From a virus: a stretch of DNA of 64,000 nucleotides. The notes under the pieces are model-generated. The model searched no databases. It saw nothing but the letters and a program-made list of their open reading frames with translations, and was not told where the DNA came from. Below, piece by piece: positions 55,775 to 62,951 of this stretch. Each line of letters starts with the position of its first letter. The first letter of the stretch is position 1. Location of the stretch: positions 7,712-71,711 of the IMG/VR virus record IMGVR_UViG_3300027917_000042. One strand, given 5' to 3'. The position numbers and the translations under genes were made by a program.

Positions 55775-56181
55775 TATTGCTTCAAGTACAGGGCAATCGC
55801 CGCCGCGTTGGGGCCATACAAATGAGGATGCTTGGACGGGGCATCGATGCGGTAGGTTTCGCCCGGCAATGCCATGTCGAGATTCGACTGGTCAGTGTTG
55901 CCAAAGATCAGTGCCACGTCACCCGCCGGGATGGCGTACACGTCGTATTCGCCCTCGGGTTCGAGGAAGCACCGGGGCATATCTTCGACTTCACGCAATG
56001 CGGCCCGCATGGTTTCTACCTGCTTGATGCGACCATCCACCCCGGGCAGGCCCAGCCCATGAACGATCGGCGTGAAGATCAGGTTGCGCACACCGAACGA
56101 ATCGGCCAGCGCCTTCCACATGCGGAACTCGACATCCGGTTCCATCTGCGCCTGATCCCAGCGTGTGATGATCGTGGTCAT
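55774..56181 (-). CDS. Minimal SPOUT (SpoU/TrmH-like) fold protein
   Basis: ADSFGV, VALIFGN (motif 2), YRI.......L....AAAIALY (motif 3); coupled to neighbours. Confidence 0.65.
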   Translation of the reverse strand: MTTIITRWDQAQMEPDVEFRMWKALADSFGVRNLIFTPIVHGLGLPGVDGRIKQVETMRAALREVEDMPRCFLEPEGEYDVYAIPAGDVALIFGNTDQSNLDMALPGETYRIDAPSKHPHLYGPNAAAIALYLKQ

Positions 56182-56792
56182 GAGTACGACAGGCTCAGCC
56201 TGTTGTCCCAGATGTTGTCGAAGTTACCATCACCATCGGCCCACTCGACCGCCACATCGTCATCGCTCTGGATGATGATGCGACTGATCTGCCAAGACGC
56301 TGCCGATGTCAGCGTGCCGGGATTCGCTTTCCCGCTGTAAATGATCTCCGGCGCACCGCCTGCGAAATCCACCTGAGTCGCCAATGCCACAGCCCCGAAT
56401 CCTCCCTGTAGCGTCCAAGTGCCCCCTACCTTTTCCCAGACCTCACCGGAGGTGCCATCGATGGCGATGTCACCGTCCTGCCCCAGTCCAGCCGAGGGTG
56501 GCCCAGCCGTCACATACGTCTGGTTGCCATCGGCTCCATTGATCCCGTCCGCACCGTTGGTTCCCGCAGGGCCTGCCGGACCTTGTGGACCCTGAGGCCC
56601 CTGTGGACCCGCAGGGCCCGGCAGACCCTTTGGGGGGTCGGACGAGCCTTCGCCCTCGTCGTAGCCTTCCTCGTAAGCGTTGTAGCTCTTCGGCACCGTG
56701 GACAGGTTGTACGGGTTGTCGCGTGGCCGACCGTACAGGGCGTCGTTGTACCCCGTGTCGAACGCGATCCGCTCCTGCCCCCGGTAGGCCAT
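56178..56792 (-). CDS. Collagen-repeat protein with RMF/CrpP-like N-terminus
   Basis: AFDTGY.DA..GRPR.NPY...AYEEGY.EG; ~11 G-X-Y triplets; C-terminal WQISRI...WADG...FDNIWDNR.SLSY. Confidence 0.8.
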   Translation of the reverse strand: MAYRGQERIAFDTGYNDALYGRPRDNPYNLSTVPKSYNAYEEGYDEGEGSSDPPKGLPGPAGPQGPQGPQGPAGPAGTNGADGINGADGNQTYVTAGPPSAGLGQDGDIAIDGTSGEVWEKVGGTWTLQGGFGAVALATQVDFAGGAPEIIYSGKANPGTLTSAASWQISRIIIQSDDDVAVEWADGDGNFDNIWDNRLSLSYS

Positions 56793-56998
56793 CAGTCACC
56801 CCGCCGGTTGTTACCGGAGATCTCCATCAGAATCTTGTAGATGTCGTCGATTTTCCCCCACAGACGATCATGCTCAGATGCATTGTTCTTGATGACCTCT
56901 CGGATGATGCCGATCGAGGTGACGACGACAAAGCCCACCAGTCCAATGAGCCATCCGACAGGCACCACCCTGAGCGTTGCTACTGCTTCGTTCTCCAT
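56792..56998 (-). CDS. Small membrane protein (TM plus short coiled coil)
   Basis: One hydrophobic helix; coupled to the collagen gene. Confidence 0.65.
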   Translation of the reverse strand: MENEAVATLRVVPVGWLIGLVGFVVVTSIGIIREVIKNNASEHDRLWGKIDDIYKILMEISGNNRRGD

Positions 56999-57028
56999 GT
57001 GTTTGCTTCCATCCAGCTGCCCCTGCTG

Positions 57029-57062
57029 AAAAGACGAAGGGGCCTCGCTTTCGCGAAGCCCC
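57029..57062 (-). terminator. Hairpin with GAAA tetraloop and interrupted U-tract
   Basis: Minus strand GGGGCTTCGC-GAAA-GCGAGGCCCC-TTCGTCTTTT. Confidence 0.65.
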
Positions 57063-57188
57063 TGCCAATGTCAGGCATGATATCAAAACGACCTCACAGA
57101 CACAGCCCGAATTGCATCCCCAGCACGAAGGCTGCAGACAGCAATCCGACCAACACAAGGATATCCATGAAGCAATCGGTCGGAGATC

Positions 57189-57389
57189 TCATATTCCGTG
57201 CCCGTCGTTGCACGCGAGCCCGTCTCGCCGCTTCTCTTCGAGGAAGGTGGACAACGCCACCCGTGCTTCCTCCCAGCTTGATGCGTTGCTGAGCTTCGCC
57301 ACTCGCCGCCAAGGAAACGGGCCCATGCTCTCCGCTATGAGCCAGAAAAGGCCATTCACTCGGCGTTCCACGTGGCCGGTGACTCTCAA
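57189..57389 (-). CDS. Small hypothetical protein
   Basis: TTG start overlaps the upstream TGA. Confidence 0.5.
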   Translation of the reverse strand: MRVTGHVERRVNGLFWLIAESMGPFPWRRVAKLSNASSWEEARVALSTFLEEKRRDGLACNDGHGI

Positions 57390-57565
57390 TACTCATCCTC
57401 CCACCTCCACCCCAGCAGCACTCTGTTCCAGAACTGGTGCCACCGGCTGGGGCGTCGGTACACCGCGATCTTCACATCCACCCCGCCATCCCACACCCAG
57501 TGACCCTCGGGCTCTGGCGGGTGGATGAACGTCACGTTGTCTGCCCCTGCGATTCTCGTATCCAT
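57386..57565 (-). CDS. Small Trp-rich hypothetical protein (59 aa)
   Basis: Manual translation MDTRIAGADNVTF...RPSRWHQFWNRVLLGWRWEDEY; coupled to the upstream stop. Confidence 0.6.
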   Translation of the reverse strand: MDTRIAGADNVTFIHPPEPEGHWVWDGGVDVKIAVYRRPSRWHQFWNRVLLGWRWEDEY

Positions 57566-57909
57566 CAGTACGTCCCTGCCACGTAGCCGACCTGCCAGCC
57601 GACGACCATGATCCAGATGATCAGGGCGACTACCAGCAAGTGGGCAAGCGAGTAGGCGAAGACCGCCAGCGCGTTGCCCGCCAGCCGGATGGTCTCGGTA
57701 ACGAAGTCCATGGCCTCGTGGAGGACAGCTCGGACCCAGCCTCGCTCACCCTCCGGCACGCCCTGCCTCAGGTAAGCATAGGGGCCTCGCCTGTTCACGG
57801 CTTTCCAGAATGCCCGGTCAGCCCAGTACACCATCCACATCTGCTGGAACTTGGGCCACTCCTGCTCCCACAGCTCCCACACTCGCCAGCTGCCCAGCTC
57901 CAGTTTCAT
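57565..57909 (-). CDS. Hypothetical membrane protein
   Basis: ATG 57909 with GGAG; C-terminal TM helix. Confidence 0.6.
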   Translation of the reverse strand: MKLELGSWRVWELWEQEWPKFQQMWMVYWADRAFWKAVNRRGPYAYLRQGVPEGERGWVRAVLHEAMDFVTETIRLAGNALAVFAYSLAHLLVVALIIWIMVVGWQVGYVAGTY

Positions 57910-58199
57910 CGCCTTCTCTTCTCCAGTTTCCAGCACAGATCCTTCAGCAGGTTGTTCACCCCGAACAGCATGTTGTTGACCTTGTCGAGGGTCGCCACGA
58001 TCTCCTCGTAGGTGACCTGCGGATCCACTATGACGTAGTCGTCGTCGGTCACATGCTCAGCTTCAAGCAACTCCGCGATGCTGGGCCCATAGAAGGGCTG
58101 CGAAGCGACCTGCTCCTGCCATGTCCGGGCTCGCCTTCGACAGGGCAGGCAAGAGCGTGTCTCGTTGCCGTGTTCGCATGTGTCAGTGAGGGGGTCCAT
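57906..58199 (-). CDS. Hypothetical protein (CEHG...C..C)
   Basis: RBS AGGAG; in the small-gene cluster. Confidence 0.6.
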   Translation of the reverse strand: MDPLTDTCEHGNETRSCLPCRRRARTWQEQVASQPFYGPSIAELLEAEHVTDDDYVIVDPQVTYEEIVATLDKVNNMLFGVNNLLKDLCWKLEKRRR

Positions 58200-58350
58200 G
58201 GTCTGCCTGCTCCTGTTCGAGTTCCGTTCGCAGGATCCAGCCGTAGGCAGCCAGCGCCTCCGCCTCCTCGGATGAGTAAGCCGTCACCACGATGACTTTC
58301 TCGACCCGGTCCACGGAGATGATGTTGCCCTCCAGCTGGACCTGATCCAT
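58183..58350 (-). CDS. Small hypothetical protein (55 aa)
   Basis: Manual translation MDQVQLEGNIISVDRVEKVIVV...; TAATG coupling. Confidence 0.55.
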   Translation of the reverse strand: MDQVQLEGNIISVDRVEKVIVVTAYSSEEAEALAAYGWILRTELEQEQADHGPPH

Positions 58351-58472
58351 TACTCGCCCGGGCCGGGGCCCTCTTCCTCGTCGATGATGGCCTGCCGCTC
58401 CTCGGCCTCCATGTCGTCGTAGACCTCTTGCGTAGCCTCGTCGATCTCATCGATGAATGGTGATTCATGCAT
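58350..58472 (-). CDS. Very acidic 40-aa peptide
   Basis: MHESPFIDEIDEATQEVYDDMEAEERQAIIDEEEGPGPGE; overlaps neighbours on both sides. Confidence 0.55.
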   Translation of the reverse strand: MHESPFIDEIDEATQEVYDDMEAEERQAIIDEEEGPGPGE

Positions 58473-58611
58473 TGGACTTCCCCTTCTTTGCCGGAGCCTT
58501 CTTCTTGGCGGGCTCGGGCTCGGGCTTGACCTCGTGATCAACCCAGCCACACACCGTGCAGGTGTTGCCCTTCATCTCGCTGCCGCATGCGGCGCATGCC
58601 TTGTCTGCCAT
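58465..58611 (-). CDS. Small Zn-ribbon protein with Lys-rich tail (48 aa)
   Basis: MADKACAACGSEMKGNTCTVCGW...PAKKKAPAKK; RBS AAGGAG. Confidence 0.7.
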   Translation of the reverse strand: MADKACAACGSEMKGNTCTVCGWVDHEVKPEPEPAKKKAPAKKGKSNA

Positions 58612-58671
58612 CGTCTCTCTCCTTCTCAGTTTTGCTTCTTGGACGGTCCTCCCCGCCCTGCACCTCCGCCC

Positions 58672-59124
58672 CTATTGGACGGAGGTTGTCGATCGCCCCG
58701 GCGGGCCACCGACCTGCACCCAAGACTGGTTGCTCAGGAAGCTGGTGCCGTACTCGTTGTCCGCCGCGATGGCGTAGTAGAGCCGGGAGCCGGGCTTGAC
58801 CCCGGTGGTCGTGTCTACCCGGACCACCAGCTCGGTCTGCGTGGCAGGCAGGTTGACGCCCGTCAGATCAGTGCTGGCAGGAGCGTCGAGGCTGATGTAG
58901 ACGGTGTAGCCAGTGATGGCATAACTGGGGTCGTCGGCGATCGGCGTGCAGTCGGCGAGGAACTGCGGTGGCGTCCACTTGATGGTCACCGTGTCGCTGA
59001 GCTTCTTGACTGCACTCTTCTTCTGATCGACAGGGCCGTCGCCTGTGCTGGGCGTGCATTCCTGAGCGTATGCTGACAACGTCAGGGACAGGAACAGCAG
59101 GATACTGGTGATAATGGTCTTCAT
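58672..59124 (-). CDS. Secreted fibronectin type III domain protein
   Basis: Signal peptide MKTIITSILLFLSLTLSAYA; FN3 pattern W.PP...ITGYTVY...YYAIAADN..G.S..SN. Confidence 0.8.
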   Translation of the reverse strand: MKTIITSILLFLSLTLSAYAQECTPSTGDGPVDQKKSAVKKLSDTVTIKWTPPQFLADCTPIADDPSYAITGYTVYISLDAPASTDLTGVNLPATQTELVVRVDTTTGVKPGSRLYYAIAADNEYGTSFLSNQSWVQVGGPPGRSTTSVQ

Positions 59125-59137
59125 GGCTACTTCTTGG

Positions 59138-59602
59138 CTACCTCTCGGAGTCTCTGAGTAATCTCTCTGCAACTCCGAGAGTTTCTCGGAGTCTTGGGCT
59201 CTGTTCGAATACACCGTCAGGCATCAGTCGTCTCATCTCTGAGATGGCGATCCATGCGTGGTCCAGTGCATTCTGCAGCTTGTTGCAATGGGTGAACTGG
59301 GTGATGGGGATCTGCACCTCCTGTTCATCTCGTGCTGGGGTATCGCAGCTCTCGTACTGTTGTTCGAAGACGGGGCCGGAAACGATGAAGCGTCTACCTG
59401 AGACATCGGTGAGGACGTAGTCGCCTTCGGCCACAATGCCGCCCATACCAAGGGCGGTGCGTGAATCCTCATCGAGCCTGATGTAGCGGGTGTCGCCGTC
59501 GTCTCCGATGTCACCAGTAAGACCAAGCTCACCGCCACTCTCGACGGTCCCCGAGAATCGGTCGGCCTCGAACACCAGTCGCTTGCGTCGGTACAGGGGC
59601 AT
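59138..59602 (-). CDS. Hypothetical protein (PGDYG-like)
   Basis: YRRKRLVFEA.RF...EGDYVL....G..F......FEQQYE pattern. Confidence 0.7.
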   Translation of the reverse strand: MPLYRRKRLVFEADRFSGTVESGGELGLTGDIGDDGDTRYIRLDEDSRTALGMGGIVAEGDYVLTDVSGRRFIVSGPVFEQQYESCDTPARDEQEVQIPITQFTHCNKLQNALDHAWIAISEMRRLMPDGVFEQSPRLRETLGVAERLLRDSER

Positions 59603-59718
59603 CAGAAGCTCATCAGGGTGGTGGCGACGCAGTACCAGAACCAGACCCCGACAGCGATGCCGAGGCCCCACGTCAGGGCCACAGGCCAGTTGAACTTACG
59701 ATCCACTGCGCTTCTCAT
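59602..59718 (-). CDS. Small single-TM peptide (38 aa)
   Basis: Manual translation MRSAVDRKFNWPVALTWGLGIAVGVWFWYCVATTLMSF; TGATG coupling. Confidence 0.45.
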   Translation of the reverse strand: MRSAVDRKFNWPVALTWGLGIAVGVWFWYCVATTLMSF

Positions 59719-59848
59719 GCTTGCGGCTGGTGACAGGGTTCTTCGGGTGTTTGCTGTTGTAGATGCGGGCAGCCTTGCGCTTGGCTGCCTTGTCCGACAT
59801 GCCTTCGCTTTTGAACTTGTCTCGCATCTTCTCGTATGCCTTGGGCAT
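59696..59848 (-). CDS. Small highly basic protein (50 aa)
   Basis: Manual translation MPKAYEKMRDKFKSEGMSDKAAKRKAARIYNSKHPK...; RBS GGAGG. Confidence 0.7.
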   Translation of the reverse strand: MPKAYEKMRDKFKSEGMSDKAAKRKAARIYNSKHPKNPVTSRKHEKRSGS

Positions 59849-59989
59849 CACACTCCTCCACGATGTTTGTCTGGCCGACCCGTTCCAGATACAGCTGGAA
59901 ACACTTCACCGAGCAGATCATCAGCCCGGCCTCGACCTTCCACTTCGCCAAGAAGTGGTGACACTGCAGACATGCGTGCCGCCACTTCA

Positions 59990-60235
59990 TCACATCACCT
60001 TCTGGCTGCCCGGCAGAATGAGCTTCGATTCAGGGGCCGTGACCTTCTTCTGATCGGACTTGGCCTCCATGTCCCTGAGTACGGCGACGAACCGCCACGC
60101 CGCGAACTGGGCGTCGGTCATGTCGTCAACACTGTCTGGTAACTCCTCCCCATCGGCCAGTCCCCAGTCAACTGACCACGTGATCCCCGCGCCGTCAGTG
60201 GCGAGATCTTCGATCATCAAGTAGACGCGGGCCAT
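59990..60235 (-). CDS. Hypothetical protein (81 aa)
   Basis: ATG 60235; C-terminal SKLILPG motif. Confidence 0.6.
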   Translation of the reverse strand: MARVYLMIEDLATDGAGITWSVDWGLADGEELPDSVDDMTDAQFAAWRFVAVLRDMEAKSDQKKVTAPESKLILPGSQKVM

Positions 60236-60833
60236 CTTCTTCCCCCATGACGGTGTACTCCCCCTCCAGCACGCCAGCGAGCTTCTCTTCCAGCTCGTGC
60301 AGAACATCCTCGGGCAGTGAAGAGAAACGATTCAGATTGATGTTGGTGGTGTGGGCGTCGCCGAAGATCTGGAAGTGCTTCCCGAGCTTCTCCAGCGCGT
60401 TCATCTTGTCGTGGAACTGGTAGGTGTAACTCTGGCGGATCTCGATGATGTCCTTGCCATCATCATCCTGCCCGGCCACGAACTCGTAATCGCTGATGTG
60501 GATCTGGGCGATGCAGGCTCGCTGCTCATCGGTCAGCTCATCAGGGGCCTTCCACATTCTGCACCCGGGGAGGCTCGGGTCTTCCTTCATGAACGAGGCC
60601 ACATCGAGGAACGCCACCTTGGCGATCTCATTGACCACCTCGGCACCGTTCGTGACGGCCCGCTCCTGTATCTGCTTGCTCAGCTCGGCGATGCGCTCTC
60701 GCACGTGCGGGCGATCGTAAATCTGGTACGCCCGATTGACCCAGCCAGATGAATACCCGGCCTGACGTGCTGCCTCCCGCAGGCTGCGGGTTTGCACATA
60801 GTGGTCGCAGAATGCCAGTTCACGTTTGGTCAT
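60195..60833 (-). CDS. terS: Terminase small subunit
   Basis: LT.RE..FC..Y......AAR.AGYS, V.NEIAKVAF.D, HDKMNALEKLGKH. Confidence 0.92.
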   Translation of the reverse strand: MTKRELAFCDHYVQTRSLREAARQAGYSSGWVNRAYQIYDRPHVRERIAELSKQIQERAVTNGAEVVNEIAKVAFLDVASFMKEDPSLPGCRMWKAPDELTDEQRACIAQIHISDYEFVAGQDDDGKDIIEIRQSYTYQFHDKMNALEKLGKHFQIFGDAHTTNINLNRFSSLPEDVLHELEEKLAGVLEGEYTVMGEEDGPRLLDDRRSRH

Positions 60834-60880
60834 TCTCCGAGTGTACCGATTAGGGGTCTCTCGTGTCTCACCACTAAGTG

Positions 60881-60909
60881 TTGACTCTTGACTTTGTCAG
60901 GCGTATTTT
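60881..60909 (+). promoter_or_regulatory. Putative early sigma70 promoter
   Basis: TTGACT-17 bp-TATTTT (second TTGACT at 60888), upstream of the + strand early genes and divergent from terS. Confidence 0.6.
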
Positions 60910-60953
60910 TGAATTACCCCCGAGTGGTTCGGGGGCACAACTGGAGAACCGAC

Positions 60954-61133
60954 ATGAGAAAGTTCGAAGTCATCTGGCGCTCTGCCAACGATCAGCGTGG
61001 TCTGGTCAAAGTGTCCCGGGTCAAGGGACTCAACAACTCCGACGCCGTCCGTACCGTCCGCCGCCTGCAGGGTGAGCGGATCTTCGTGCTGGGCGTCCAG
61101 TCCCCCGCCAACTCCGCCATCGGCTCATTCTGA
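60954..61133 (+). CDS. Small early hypothetical protein (59 aa)
   Basis: RBS GGAGAACC then ATG 60954. Confidence 0.7.
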   Translation: MRKFEVIWRSANDQRGLVKVSRVKGLNNSDAVRTVRRLQGERIFVLGVQSPANSAIGSF

Positions 61134-61143
61134 GGTAAGCAAC

Positions 61144-61971
61144 ATGTCTGAACTTTTCACCATTCACCCGTACAACGACAACCGTGCGTTCATCACGGTC
61201 AACCGCGACGTCACCGAGGACGACATCGAGATCGCCGCCGAGTGGAACACCGAGCTGCTCGATCGCACCGAGACAGGCGTCGTTGACTGGCTGGACGCGC
61301 ACGAGACGCATGGTCAGTTTGTGATCCTCATCCGGGCCCGCATCAAGGATGCCCTGTGGCAGCGTCTGCACAACGCCGTCCCCAACAGCACGAAGCTCCT
61401 GTCTGCTTCCCGTCGCATTGGTTACGGCGGCAACGAGGACCAGCCGGGCGTGTTCACTGGCGAGCGCAAGATCGAGCTGAGCGTGCGCGGTTGCCGCACC
61501 GACGAGAGCAAGCGCAACAAGAAGCGCCAGCTGATCAATGACCTGCTCTTCGCCGTCCGCGAAGAAGGCGGTCGGGATCGTCTGATCTGGGACATCTGCG
61601 AGCAGATCAACAAAGCCCTGCAAGACGTCGTCGCACGCGCCAACGCGGACGCCGAGGAGGTTCTGCGCGACAACTTCGTGTTCGTCAAGAACCTGAACGC
61701 CGAGTACGTCGAGAAGGCGCTGGACGAGGATCTTCGCTACAAGGCCCTGCACAAGGCAGCCCAGCAGGAAATCGCCGAGGTCGAGGCCCAGCTGGAGATC
61801 CTGAGGGGCCGTCGCGAAGCCGCCCTGCTGCAGAAGAAGGACGCCATCCGCCGCGCCGTCTGGAAGCGAGCCAGCGAAGCCTACGGCGAGGAGATCAACA
61901 AGCGCGTCAACGCGATCCTGCGCGACGAGTCGCCCGAGCTGGAATCGAGCGCGTTCGGTCGCCGATTCTGA
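61144..61971 (+). CDS. Early hypothetical protein with coiled-coil C-terminus
   Basis: RBS GAGGT; strong GC3 codon usage. Confidence 0.8.
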   Translation: MSELFTIHPYNDNRAFITVNRDVTEDDIEIAAEWNTELLDRTETGVVDWLDAHETHGQFVILIRARIKDALWQRLHNAVPNSTKLLSASRRIGYGGNEDQPGVFTGERKIELSVRGCRTDESKRNKKRQLINDLLFAVREEGGRDRLIWDICEQINKALQDVVARANADAEEVLRDNFVFVKNLNAEYVEKALDEDLRYKALHKAAQQEIAEVEAQLEILRGRREAALLQKKDAIRRAVWKRASEAYGEEINKRVNAILRDESPELESSAFGRRF

Positions 61972-61973
61972 CA

Positions 61974-62035
61974 GTCGAAACGCCCCGCCCGGGGCGTCTG
62001 CCGGAGATGGCCTACCGGCACTGATGAGACAGGCC
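61974..62035 (+). ncRNA. Type II hammerhead ribozyme with pseudoknot
   Basis: GTC-GAAA-[CGCCCC-GCCC-GGGGCG]-TC-[TGCCGG-AGATGGCCTA-CCGGCA]-CTGATGA-GAC-AGGCC. All invariant core nucleotides, three stems and a loop-I/3'-tail pseudoknot (GGCCT/AGGCC) are present; intergenic. Confidence 0.92.
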
Positions 62036-62053
62036 CACTGAAGGAGAACCAAG

Positions 62054-62941
62054 ATGACGATTGACTTCACCGATCTCGAAGAGATCATCACCGCCCCCGA
62101 GGGCGCGTCTGCGGAGCAATCCGGCGAGACGTTTCTGGAGGCTGCCGCCACCTACGCCAACGCCCCCTGCCGTCGCTGCGGCGGCTCCGGGCGCTACGGG
62201 TACTACGGCACCTGCTACAGCTGCATGGGCTCCGGCAAGAGCCGCCAGCGGGTCCGCACCGACAAGGCTGGCGTGGAAGCCCGGGCCAAGCGTCGCCAGC
62301 AGGCTGCCGCCAGAAAGGAACGTCAGGCTCAGGAGAAGCTCGATGCCGCCAAGGCATACCAAGAGGCCCACCCCGAGGTCACCGCTTGGCTGAAGGCCAA
62401 CGAACAGCGTTCCGAGTTCGCCGCCAGCCTGACCGCCTCGATCTACCAGTACGGCTCCCTCACCGAGCGCCAGCTGGCAGCAGTCGAGAAGATCGTGCGA
62501 CAGGACGCCGAGCGCAAGGCCAACGCGCCCAAGCCGGTGGCCGAGCTGGGCAACTGCCTGAAGTACCTGCAGACGGCACGCCAGAACGGCTTGAAGTATC
62601 CCAAGCTGCGGCTGGTGGATGGCTCAGGCGCACGCATCGTCCTGCAGCTGGCAGGCGACCGCTCCCGCAACCCGGGCTCGGTCAACATCACTGACGGTCG
62701 GCGCTACCCGGACAATCGCTGGTTTGGTCGCATCGGCGTCGATGGCAAATTCACCCCGGCGCGGAACTGCCCGCCCGAGGTGGTCGAGACGCTGGTCGAG
62801 ATCGACAAGGATCCCGCGACCGCCGTCAAGGTGCAGGGCCAGCGCACCGGCCAGTGCTGCTGCTGTGGCCGCGAGCTGACCAACGAAGTGTCGATCGAGC
62901 TGGGCATCGGCCCGATCTGCCGCGAACGATTTGGACTGTAA
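62054..62941 (+). CDS. Protein with DnaJ-like Zn finger (N-terminal) and DUF6011-like Zn finger (C-terminal)
   Basis: CRRCGGSG..CYSCMGSG; GSLTERQ; C..CGRELT...SIELGIGPIC. Confidence 0.85.
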   Translation: MTIDFTDLEEIITAPEGASAEQSGETFLEAAATYANAPCRRCGGSGRYGYYGTCYSCMGSGKSRQRVRTDKAGVEARAKRRQQAAARKERQAQEKLDAAKAYQEAHPEVTAWLKANEQRSEFAASLTASIYQYGSLTERQLAAVEKIVRQDAERKANAPKPVAELGNCLKYLQTARQNGLKYPKLRLVDGSGARIVLQLAGDRSRNPGSVNITDGRRYPDNRWFGRIGVDGKFTPARNCPPEVVETLVEIDKDPATAVKVQGQRTGQCCCCGRELTNEVSIELGIGPICRERFGL

Positions 62942-62951
62942 GGAGAACCAC

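Noticed and set aside
57094-57396. 100-aa ORF from the track
   Set aside because: Better explained by three coupled shorter ORFs (57386-57565, 57189-57389, 57094-57192), though not excluded.
51105-60545. Other CTGATGA occurrences on the - strand as additional hammerheads
   Set aside because: They lie in coding sequence or stop-start junctions, and I saw no matching GAAA and stems.
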